This document shows, in pieces, positions 1 through 7,661 of a stretch of 58,743 nt of DNA (the first letter of the stretch is position 1; every line of letters starts with the position of its first letter). This stretch comes from Dehalococcoidales bacterium (GTDB lineage Bacteria; Chloroflexota; Dehalococcoidia; Dehalococcoidales; RBG-16-60-22): NCBI GenBank assembly GCA_050014355.1, contig JBEKDL010000001.1, forward strand, positions 1 through 58,743, given 5' to 3'. The notes under the pieces are model-generated. The model did not search any database, was not told where the DNA came from, and was given only the letters and a program-made list of their open reading frames with translations. A program made the translations under genes and the position numbers.

Positions 1-285
1 GTCACCGACGGCGATTCAGCCCTGCATTTAATGGAAAAAATAAAACCTGATATGGTCATCCTCGATGAACTGAAGCCCGGTTATGATAATATCGAGGTGG
101 TCGACCATATACGGGAACACTCTGACGTGCCTATCATCATGCTGAACCAGGAGTACGGCATAGAGGCGCTGCGCCAGGCCTTATCCCACGGCGCCGATGA
201 CTACATTCGCAAGCCTTTCGGGCCGAAGTCACTCGTCGCCCGCGTGCGGGCCAAGCTAAGGCGCACCAGCTCAAAAAAGGGGTGA
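1..285 (+). CDS. Response-regulator receiver (CheY-like) domain protein, 5'-truncated by the window edge
   Basis: Frame 1 is open from nt 1 (VTDGDSALHL precedes the listed Met). It has the MVILD acceptor-Asp context and DDYIRKPF with the conserved Lys. The ORF ends right after the receiver fold with no output domain. Confidence 0.7.
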   Translation, partial: VTDGDSALHLMEKIKPDMVILDELKPGYDNIEVVDHIREHSDVPIIMLNQEYGIEALRQALSHGADDYIRKPFGPKSLVARVRAKLRRTSSKKG

Positions 286-293
286 TATTTCCA

Positions 294-340
294 GTTATTG
301 CGAGCCCCTCCCGTTCATCGTAACCTCGGCTAGGCAATCC
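294..340. repeat. Solo arm of the GTCATTGCGAG...GCAATC repeat family
   Basis: gttattgcgagc...ctaggcaatcc resembles the arms at 7539-7575 and 14749-14786. The core has one mismatch (GTTATTGCGAG) and the ATTGC/GCAAT internal palindrome is present. Confidence 0.4.
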
Positions 341-389
341 ATGACGCCCTCCCCCTCGCCATAACCGCCGTTATCTTCAGCCAAGACTC

Positions 390-418
390 TTGATTTCTTT
401 TATCACTTAATGTATAGT
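390..418 (+). promoter_or_regulatory. Sigma70-like promoter of the corrinoid operon
   Basis: TTGATT (390-395), a 17-nt spacer, then TATAGT (413-418), about 25 nt upstream of the riboswitch P1. Confidence 0.45.
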
Positions 419-440
419 GTTAGCACAACTGAATATTTTC

Positions 441-637
441 CGAGGGGCGCCCGAGCGCGAGCGAGGGCCCAACTGGAAAGCAATCCGGTGAAAACCCGGA
501 GCGGCCGCGCCGCTGTGACCCCGATAATATCGGGGAAGCCAGAACGCCAGCCCCTGAACTACCTACAGACTCCGCGGGGAGTGGTAGGACTTTTTATTGA
601 GTCATTACCCCTCGGCTGGAGCGAGGGGTTTATTTTT
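441..637 (+). promoter_or_regulatory. Cobalamin (B12) riboswitch with terminator expression platform
   Basis: Conserved core GGAAAgcaatCCGGTGAAAACCCGGaGCGGCCGCGCCGCTGTGA, then GGGGAAGCCAGAACGCCAGCCCCT (B12-box-like). AGGGGC (443-448) can pair with GCCCCT (550-555) as P1. It sits directly upstream of btuF. Confidence 0.8.
608..637 (+). terminator. Intrinsic terminator (riboswitch OFF structure)
   Basis: CCCCTCG-gctggag-CGAGGGG hairpin (608-628) followed by TTTATTTTT. Confidence 0.7.
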
Positions 638-655
638 ATAGGAGTCCTGACCGGA

Positions 656-1585
656 ATGCTGAAAAAAACGGGAACTATCTGCCTTGCCGTCATTTTCGCA
701 TTGAGCTTTATTATATCCTGCGTCACCGCGTCTCAAACCACGCCGCCGTCACCCGGCTCAATCACCGACCAGGCCGGGAGAGCGGTAACGCTTAAGGCTC
801 TCCCCCAGAGAATCGTCTCGCTTGCCCCGAGCAACACCGAAATCCTTTTTGCCCTGGGACTAGGGGATAAAATCGTGGGCGTGACCGATTACTGCAACTA
901 TCCCCCCGAGGCCAAAATAAAACCGAGTATCGGCGGCTTCAGCACGCCCAATATCGAGGAAGTGGTGGCGAAAAACCCGGACCTGGTGCTGGCGGCTAAC
1001 ATACACGAGGCGAAAATCGTCCCCCAGCTCGAGGCCAGGGGGCTGACCGTGCTTGTTCTCGACCCGAAGAACATCGACGATATTCTGGCTGCTATAGCCC
1101 TCGTCGGAAAAGTGACCGGAAAGGAAAATGAGGCCAGGACTTTGACTTCAGACATGGAAAAACGCATCAAGGCCGTGACTGATAAAACGGGCGGGCTGTC
1201 TGCGGCGCAAAAGCCCGCGACCTGTTTCGTCGTCTGGAACGACCCGCTGACGATAGCCGGCTCCGGCACTTTCCACGACGAACTGATAGCGAAAGCCGGC
1301 GGCACCAATATCGGCCACGCACTCACCGGGTATTCCAAAGATTTCAGCCTGGAAAACCTTGTAATAGCCAACCCCGGGGTCATTATCGCCGGCATCGGCA
1401 TGGGAACGGGTGAGGATAAACCCTTCCAGTTCATCCAGACCGAGCCCCGGCTGAAAGACACTGCCGCCCGGATTAATAACCATGTCTATGCCATCGACCA
1501 GGACATCGTGGGCAGGACCGGGCCGCGCATCGTAGATGCCCTGGAGCAGTTCGCCAAAGATATCCATCCGGAGCTGTTTAAGTAA
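656..1585 (+). CDS. btuF: Corrinoid ABC transporter substrate-binding lipoprotein (BtuF/FecB-type periplasmic binding protein)
   Basis: ATG at 656 follows AGGAG. The signal peptide has the lipobox LSFIISC, and RIVSLAPSNTEILFALGLGDKIVGVTDYCNYP is typical of the family. The listed 410 start would read through the riboswitch. Confidence 0.85.
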   Translation: MLKKTGTICLAVIFALSFIISCVTASQTTPPSPGSITDQAGRAVTLKALPQRIVSLAPSNTEILFALGLGDKIVGVTDYCNYPPEAKIKPSIGGFSTPNIEEVVAKNPDLVLAANIHEAKIVPQLEARGLTVLVLDPKNIDDILAAIALVGKVTGKENEARTLTSDMEKRIKAVTDKTGGLSAAQKPATCFVVWNDPLTIAGSGTFHDELIAKAGGTNIGHALTGYSKDFSLENLVIANPGVIIAGIGMGTGEDKPFQFIQTEPRLKDTAARINNHVYAIDQDIVGRTGPRIVDALEQFAKDIHPELFK

Positions 1586-1589
1586 AGAA

Positions 1590-2666
1590 ATGTCATCTAA
1601 TTCTACCGATAAAATAAAGGCCGTGACCTTTTTTTCGAGCCGGCGTACGCGCATCGTCAGCCTCATCGGGCTATCGGCGGGTCTTGTCGTCGCTATCGCC
1701 CTGGCCACGAGCGTCGGCAGCGTCCATATTCCGCTGTTGACTACCTTTCGTATTTTGCTGGATAAACTGCCCTTCGTCGATTTAAATCAGACGTGGCAAA
1801 GCGCCGTCGCGACCATTGTGCTGGATATCCGGCTGCCGCGCGTCATCCTGGCCGGGCTGGTCGGTGCCGCTCTGGCTACCGCCGGGGCGACCTACCAAGG
1901 GCTCTTTCGCAACCCCCTCGCCGACCCGTATCTTATCGGCGTGGCACAGGGCGCTTCCCTTGGCGCCGTCATCGGTTTCCTTCTGCCCGTTAGCTGGAAC
2001 ATCGCGGGATTCGGTCTCATTCCCCTGCTCGCCTTTATCGGGGCGCTCCTCGCCACCATAGCTGTTTACCTGCTGGCCAGGGTTGGCAAAACGCTCCCCG
2101 TGACCACGCTTATTCTGGCCGGCGTGGCATTGAGCGCCCTGCTCGGGTCGATCGTCTCTTACCTCATCATTTCCAGCGGGGACAAGATGCACAGCATCGT
2201 CTTCTGGCTGATGGGCAGCTTTTCCTTAAGCCAGTGGTCGGAGGTCGGTACGGTCCTGCCTTACGTGGCCCTGGGAACGGCCGTCATCATCATCTTCGCG
2301 CGGCTGCTTAATGTGATGCAGCTCGATGAAGAGCAGGCGCAGCAGCTCGGGGTGAACGTGGAAAGGTTCAAGCTTATTTTGCTCGCCGCCGCCACGCTGA
2401 TTACGGCTGCCAGCGTGTCTTTCGTGGGCACGATTGGCTTCGTCGGCATCATTATCCCCCACGCGGTGCGGTTGATGTGGGGGGCCGACCACCGTTTCCT
2501 GCTGCCGCTGGCGGTGCTGACCGGAGCCATTTTCATGATTCTCACCGACTTGCTGGCGCGGACGGTCCTGGCGCCCACGGAGATACCGATAGGGGTGATT
2601 ACCGCTATCTGCGGCGCCCCGTTCTTTTTGTACCTTTTAAGACGGCGGAAAAAGGCGATTTTCTAA
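1590..2666 (+). CDS. btuC: FecCD-family ABC permease (BtuC-like)
   Basis: About 9 hydrophobic helices and FecCD-type sequence (RLPRVILAGLVGAALA, GIIIPH). The ATG at 1590 lies just after the btuF stop, and the listed 1536 start overlaps btuF. Confidence 0.85.
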   Translation: MSSNSTDKIKAVTFFSSRRTRIVSLIGLSAGLVVAIALATSVGSVHIPLLTTFRILLDKLPFVDLNQTWQSAVATIVLDIRLPRVILAGLVGAALATAGATYQGLFRNPLADPYLIGVAQGASLGAVIGFLLPVSWNIAGFGLIPLLAFIGALLATIAVYLLARVGKTLPVTTLILAGVALSALLGSIVSYLIISSGDKMHSIVFWLMGSFSLSQWSEVGTVLPYVALGTAVIIIFARLLNVMQLDEEQAQQLGVNVERFKLILLAAATLITAASVSFVGTIGFVGIIIPHAVRLMWGADHRFLLPLAVLTGAIFMILTDLLARTVLAPTEIPIGVITAICGAPFFLYLLRRRKKAIF

Positions 2667-2667
2667 G

Positions 2668-3468
2668 ATGATTGAACTGGAAATGCGTCATGCCACCCTC
2701 GGCTACTATCACCAGCCGGTGCTGCGGGATGTTTCTCTGAAAGCGTCGCCCGGGGAAATAGTAGGGCTTATCGGCCCGAACGGCTCCGGTAAGTCCACCA
2801 TCATCAAGGCGCTCTGCCGCGTGATGCAGCCTGAATCCGGTAAAATAACCGTCAACGGGCGGGACATTTCGACCATACCTCGCCAGGAGCTCGCCTGCCA
2901 GGTGGGGGTGGTGCCCCAGCTGCCCCTGCTCCCCAGCTCCTTTACCGCTTTTGAAATCGTACTCATGGGGCGGAACCCGCACCTCGGCCTTTTGCAATCG
3001 GAAAGCCGCCGGGACCTGGCGATGGCCTGGCAGGCGATGGAAAAGACCGGGACCGAATCGCTGGCCAACCGCCACATCAACGAGCTTTCGGGCGGCGAAA
3101 TCCAGTGCGTTCTCATCGCCCGGGTGCTGGTGCAGGAGACCGAAGCGATACTTCTCGATGAACCCACCGCCAATTTGGATATCGGCCGGCAGGTGGAAAT
3201 CCTGGACCTCATTAAAAAGCTCTGCGCGGAAAACAACCTGACGGTGCTGGCCGCCATCCACGACCTGAACCTGGCCGCGCAGTACTGCGACCGCGTTATC
3301 CTGATTCACAAAGGGAAAGTCCATGCCGAGGGCAGTCCCCGCGAGGTCATTACCGAAAAGAACATGAAGCAGGTCTACGGCGCCGAGAACTGCGTCTATA
3401 CCCACCCCGTGAACGGCCTCCCCACCGTGCTGCTCGGCGCGCACCGGAATAAGGCTAACGGAAAATAG
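2668..3468 (+). CDS. btuD: ABC transporter ATP-binding protein (BtuD/FepC-like)
   Basis: Walker A GPNGSGKST, signature LSGGE and Walker B ILLDEPT. Confidence 0.85.
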   Translation: MIELEMRHATLGYYHQPVLRDVSLKASPGEIVGLIGPNGSGKSTIIKALCRVMQPESGKITVNGRDISTIPRQELACQVGVVPQLPLLPSSFTAFEIVLMGRNPHLGLLQSESRRDLAMAWQAMEKTGTESLANRHINELSGGEIQCVLIARVLVQETEAILLDEPTANLDIGRQVEILDLIKKLCAENNLTVLAAIHDLNLAAQYCDRVILIHKGKVHAEGSPREVITEKNMKQVYGAENCVYTHPVNGLPTVLLGAHRNKANGK

Positions 3469-3469
3469 C

Positions 3470-4399
3470 ATGGAGATAATAGCGGTACTGGCCCTGGCGG
3501 TAATCGTCGACCTGGCGCTGGGCGACCCGCCGGATGCGGCTCACCCGGTGGCCTGGATGGGTCAAGTCATCGCCTTCCTGGAGAAGGGCGGACTGAAACT
3601 TAAACCGGCCGGGCAATTTATTTATGGCATGGTCATGACTTTATTCGTCATGGCGCTTTTCGTGGTCCCCACCTTTTTTATTATTCATTACGCCTGGCGC
3701 TTTAACGTTATCCTGGGAGTGGTAGTGGCGGCGCTGCTTTTTAAAAGCACTTTCACCATCACAGGACTGCGGCGCGCGGCGCTGAAGATCAAAAAGCTGT
3801 TGGAAAGTGAAAAACTCGACGAGACACGCTTCGAGCTGCGGGCGCTGGTCAGCCGCGATACATCGGAGCTACCCGGGCCGCTGCTGGCCTCGGCGGCGGT
3901 GGAATCGGTGGCGGAAGGCACCTGCGACAGTGTCGTGGCGCCCATGTTCTATTTCCTGTTCCTCGGCGTGCCGGGGGCCATCGGCTACCGCGTGGTAAAT
4001 ACCCTGGACGCCATGATAGGCTACCACGGGAAGTATGAATACCTGGGAAAATTCGCCGCGCGGCTGGACGATATCCTGAACTATATACCGGCGCGGCTGG
4101 CGGCGCTGGTGCTGGTGCTCGCCGCCACATTTCAAAAAAGCGGATGGGACTCCTGGCAAACAGCTCGCGAGGAGCACCGGCGCACCGAAAGTCCTAACGC
4201 CGGCTGGACGATAGCCGCCATGGCCGGCGCCCTGGGCGCACGACTGGAAAAGGTGGGACACTACATTTTTAACGAAAGCGGCGCGGCGCCATCAACAGCC
4301 ACTATCGAAAGCGCGGCTAAAATATTCACGCTGGCGGCGTTCATCTGGGTATTACTCTGCCTGCTGGGGGAGGTGATTCACTTTGCCGTTACAGCCTAA
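3470..4399 (+). CDS. cbiB: Adenosylcobinamide-phosphate synthase (CbiB, Salmonella nomenclature)
   Basis: N-terminal GDPPDAAHPVAWMG motif, a membrane protein of about 310 aa, and cob operon context. Confidence 0.9.
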   Translation: MEIIAVLALAVIVDLALGDPPDAAHPVAWMGQVIAFLEKGGLKLKPAGQFIYGMVMTLFVMALFVVPTFFIIHYAWRFNVILGVVVAALLFKSTFTITGLRRAALKIKKLLESEKLDETRFELRALVSRDTSELPGPLLASAAVESVAEGTCDSVVAPMFYFLFLGVPGAIGYRVVNTLDAMIGYHGKYEYLGKFAARLDDILNYIPARLAALVLVLAATFQKSGWDSWQTAREEHRRTESPNAGWTIAAMAGALGARLEKVGHYIFNESGAAPSTATIESAAKIFTLAAFIWVLLCLLGEVIHFAVTA

Positions 4400-5498
4400 A
4401 AAATACATCGCCGGACTTAAAGCCTGCGCGCACGGCGGCACGAACTACGCTGAATTTAAAGAGCTGGGGATAAAACCGGAGGACGTCCTCGACTTCAGCG
4501 TTTCGACCAACCCTTTTATGCCGCCGCCGGGCATCAGAGAAATGATGCAGAACATCCCCATCGAAAGATACCCCGATTCGCAGTCGACAGAATTGACCGA
4601 GCGCCTGGCTGAAAGGCTTAAGATTTCTTCTGAAAATATCCTGGTCGGCAGCGGCACCACCGAGCTAATACGCCTTATCGCCCAGGCTTACTTCAGGCAA
4701 CGCGATAATGTTCTCATTTTAGAGCCAACCTACGGCGAATACGAAGTCGCCTGCCGTATTTCCGGCGCCCGCGCGCTAAAGCACCGTGCTTTAGAAGAGG
4801 ACAGCTTTGCCCCGAAAATGGATGAGGTCAGCGAAATCATCTGTCAACGCCGTCCCAGAGCGGTCTTTATCTGTAATCCGAATAATCCCACCGGGAAATA
4901 CCTCCCGCGCGCTGAAATCGAGAAAATATTAAAGGCCTGCCGGGACGCCCTGCTCGTGCTCGATGAGGCATATGTCACTTTCGTAGAAAACACCTGGAAC
5001 CCGCTCGATTTGATAGAGCGTTTTAATCTGATAGTGCTACGCTCGATGACAAAGGACTACGGCCTGCCCGGCCTGCGCCTGGGCTACGCGGCGGCCAGCC
5101 GGGACATCATCGCAACGCTACGGGCCGTCATGCCGCCGTGGAGCGTCAACGTCATCGCGCAGGAGTCGGGCAAAGCCGTCCTGGGGCAGGACAACTATCT
5201 GCAAGAGACCCTGGTCAAGGTGCGGGAGGCGAAAAGATATTTAACCGGCCAGCTAACGTGGCTGGGTTTCAGCGTCGTGCCTTCGGACGCGCATTACTTC
5301 CTGGTAAAGGTCGGCGACGCTAAAGCGTGCCGCCGCACGCTGTTGAAACAGGGCGTCATGGTGCGCGATTGTACGTCCTTCGGCCTGCCGGAGTACTTAC
5401 GCGTTTCACCGCGCACTTTACCCGAATGCGAAAAGTTGGTAGCAACGATGAAAAGAGAAATCGAAAAACCTGGATTCCAGAAGGAGAGGAACCGGTGA
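4383..5498 (+). CDS. cobD: L-threonine-O-3-phosphate decarboxylase (CobD; class I/II aminotransferase fold)
   Basis: N-terminal HGG motif, NPNNPTG, and SMTKDYGLPGLRLGY carrying the PLP lysine. TTG start overlapping the cbiB 3' end. It sits next to cbiB. Confidence 0.8.
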   Translation: MPLQPKKYIAGLKACAHGGTNYAEFKELGIKPEDVLDFSVSTNPFMPPPGIREMMQNIPIERYPDSQSTELTERLAERLKISSENILVGSGTTELIRLIAQAYFRQRDNVLILEPTYGEYEVACRISGARALKHRALEEDSFAPKMDEVSEIICQRRPRAVFICNPNNPTGKYLPRAEIEKILKACRDALLVLDEAYVTFVENTWNPLDLIERFNLIVLRSMTKDYGLPGLRLGYAAASRDIIATLRAVMPPWSVNVIAQESGKAVLGQDNYLQETLVKVREAKRYLTGQLTWLGFSVVPSDAHYFLVKVGDAKACRRTLLKQGVMVRDCTSFGLPEYLRVSPRTLPECEKLVATMKREIEKPGFQKERNR

Positions 5499-5701
5499 AA
5501 AATAGTGAATATATGATTTACATTTCAACAAGACCCGGCTCAACGTGGACCTACTGCAAAGGAAAGGACAGCTGGACACAAACCACGCCAGCGGGTAAAG
5601 TCAGAAACCTTAGCGCCGAGCAGCTACTTTCGCACATTTTGCCGCCGCTGGCCAACGACCAGCCCGGCGTTGAGGTTAAAGTCAAGAGAATTGAGCCTTA
5701 G
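5495..5701 (+). CDS. Small hypothetical protein embedded in the cob operon
   Basis: GTG at 5495 overlaps the cobD stop (GTGA) and lies 5-7 nt after AAGGAGAGGA. An alternative ATG is at 5513. No family recognised. Confidence 0.35.
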   Translation: MKNSEYMIYISTRPGSTWTYCKGKDSWTQTTPAGKVRNLSAEQLLSHILPPLANDQPGVEVKVKRIEP

Positions 5702-5731
5702 GAAAGGTGCCACGAAGGGAAAGGAAATAAA

Positions 5732-6796
5732 ATGAAGATAATAGAAAAGACCATAGCCTCGATAAGGCCGCTGGATAAAGCGGCTATGGCCGAAGCTAAA
5801 GCGCGGCAGGACACGCTGACGAAGCCTGCCGGCAGCCTCGGCAGGCTGGAGGAGCTCTCCATTCAGATTGCCGGTATCCAGGGCAAGGCCCGGCCTGCTA
5901 TCGAGAAGAAAACCATGATTACCATGGCCGGCGACCACGGCGTCGTGGCGGAAAAGGTGGGGAACTGGCCGCAGGAGGTCACCGCCCAGATGGTGGAAAA
6001 TTTCCTGCGGGGCGGGGCCGGCATCAACGTGCTGGCGCGCCAGGCAGGAGTTAGAATTGTCTTCGCGGATATGGGTGTGGCTGGCGACCTCAAGCCGCAT
6101 CCGCAGCTTATGGTCAAAAAAATCAGCCGCGGCACCGCGAATATCTGCCGAGGCCCGGCCATGACGGAAGCACAGGCAAGACAAGCCTTAGAAGCTGGAA
6201 TTGAAATCATCAACAGTGAAGCTAAAAAGGGCCTGGACATCGTCGGCACCGGCGACATGGGCATCGGTAACACGACCGCCAGCAGCGCTATCTTCGCCGC
6301 GATGACCGGCCTCCCTCCGGAAAAAGTCACCGGGCGCGGCACCGGCCTGACCGATGAACAGCTTGTCCATAAGATAGATTGCATCAAGCGGGCGCTGGAG
6401 TGCAACCAGCCCGATAAAGCCGACCCCGTTTCCGTGCTGGCTAAAGTCGGCGGCTTCGAAATCGGCGGACTGGCCGGCGTGATGCTGGGAGCGGCGGCGC
6501 AGCGAATTCCGGTCGTCATCGATGGCTTTATCTCCGGAGCGGCGGCACTTATCGCTGTGGGGCTGGCGCCGCAAATTAAAAATTACCTCATCGCCGGGCA
6601 CATCTCGGCGGAAGCGGGACACGCCACTATGTTAAAATATCTGGGTCTGAAACCCCTGCTAAACCTGGAAATGCGCCTGGGCGAGGGCACCGGCGCGGCG
6701 CTGGGCATTTTTATTGCCGAGGCCGCCGTCCGGACACTTAATGAAATGGCCACTTTCGCCGAGGCCGGTGTTTCAGAAGAAGAGAGCAAGAATTGA
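5732..6796 (+). CDS. cobT: Nicotinate-nucleotide--dimethylbenzimidazole phosphoribosyltransferase
   Basis: GSLGRLEEL and GDMGIGNTT signature blocks; length about 354 aa. Confidence 0.9.
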   Translation: MKIIEKTIASIRPLDKAAMAEAKARQDTLTKPAGSLGRLEELSIQIAGIQGKARPAIEKKTMITMAGDHGVVAEKVGNWPQEVTAQMVENFLRGGAGINVLARQAGVRIVFADMGVAGDLKPHPQLMVKKISRGTANICRGPAMTEAQARQALEAGIEIINSEAKKGLDIVGTGDMGIGNTTASSAIFAAMTGLPPEKVTGRGTGLTDEQLVHKIDCIKRALECNQPDKADPVSVLAKVGGFEIGGLAGVMLGAAAQRIPVVIDGFISGAAALIAVGLAPQIKNYLIAGHISAEAGHATMLKYLGLKPLLNLEMRLGEGTGAALGIFIAEAAVRTLNEMATFAEAGVSEEESKN

Positions 6797-7557
6797 GTTT
6801 TCTGGCCGCTTTGCAGTTTTTAACGAGCATACCCGTTAAAATCAAGCGCGAACTGACGCCGCAACAGGTAGGGCGCGCCACCGCCTGGTTCCCGGTGGTG
6901 GGTCTAATTATCGGGGGGATGCTGGCCCTGTTCAACTGGCTGCTGGACTTCATCCTGCCGCAATCGGTCACCAACGCGCTGCTCATCGTGGCGCTGGTTT
7001 TAATCACCGGGGCGATGCACCTGGACGGCTTCGCCGATACGTGTGACGGACTAGCCGGCTATAAAACAGTCGAGGAGCGCTGGAAGGTTATGCGCGACAG
7101 CCGCACCGGCGCTTTCGGGGTGGTAGGGGTTGTCCTGCTGCTATTAACCAAGTATGTTTCGCTAAACAACATACCGGCTGACGTGATGTTACCAGCGCTA
7201 CTCTTCATGCCGGTGGTCAGCCGCTGGGCGATGGTCTACGCCGTTTTCGCTTTCCCCTACGCCCGCCCCGAAGGACTGGGCACCGCTTACAAACAGGCGA
7301 CGCGCTGGCCGCAGTTTACGATTGCTTCCGTTTTCACGTTAACGATAGCCGCCGCCCTCTATCCGCTGTTTTCCGTGGCCGGATTTGTTACGTTCGGGGG
7401 TATATTTTTCGTTATTTCCTTGCTTGCCCTGTATTTTAAAAACAAGTTCGCCGGACTGACGGGCGATACCTACGGCGCCATCAACGAGTCGGCAGAGGTA
7501 ATGGCGCTGATACTGATTATAATTATTTACAGTAATACGTCATTGCGAGGAGCATAA
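6793..7557 (+). CDS. cobS: Adenosylcobinamide-GDP ribazoletransferase (cobalamin 5'-phosphate synthase)
   Basis: HLDGFADTCDG motif in a polytopic membrane protein. TTG start overlaps the cobT stop (TTGA). The last codons (SLRGA) and the stop lie inside the repeat element at 7539. Confidence 0.9.
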   Translation: MSFLAALQFLTSIPVKIKRELTPQQVGRATAWFPVVGLIIGGMLALFNWLLDFILPQSVTNALLIVALVLITGAMHLDGFADTCDGLAGYKTVEERWKVMRDSRTGAFGVVGVVLLLLTKYVSLNNIPADVMLPALLFMPVVSRWAMVYAVFAFPYARPEGLGTAYKQATRWPQFTIASVFTLTIAAALYPLFSVAGFVTFGGIFFVISLLALYFKNKFAGLTGDTYGAINESAEVMALILIIIIYSNTSLRGA

Positions 7558-7661
7558 GCGACGTGGCAATCTCTATCATCGAAATAAATCCATGTTAGAG
7601 ATTGCCGCGCCTCCCGATTCGCCAGGGAACAAAGAGGCTCATCGGGATGGCTCGCAATGAC
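7539..7661. mobile_element. MITE-like palindromic element (gene-less relative of the GIY-YIG element at 14749-15149)
   Basis: The left arm gtcattgcgaggagcataagcgacgtggcaatctct and the right arm agagattgccgcg...ggctcgcaatgac are inverted. The terminal GTCATTGCGAG core matches the repeats flanking the GIY-YIG gene. Confidence 0.55.

Noticed and set aside
2605-3471. 288-aa ORF on the minus strand
   Set aside because: It lies entirely antisense to the well-supported ABC ATPase gene (Walker A/B and signature motifs present on the plus strand). The product is Gly/Arg/His/Val-rich and low in complexity, as expected from GC-rich antisense frames, and there is no RBS.
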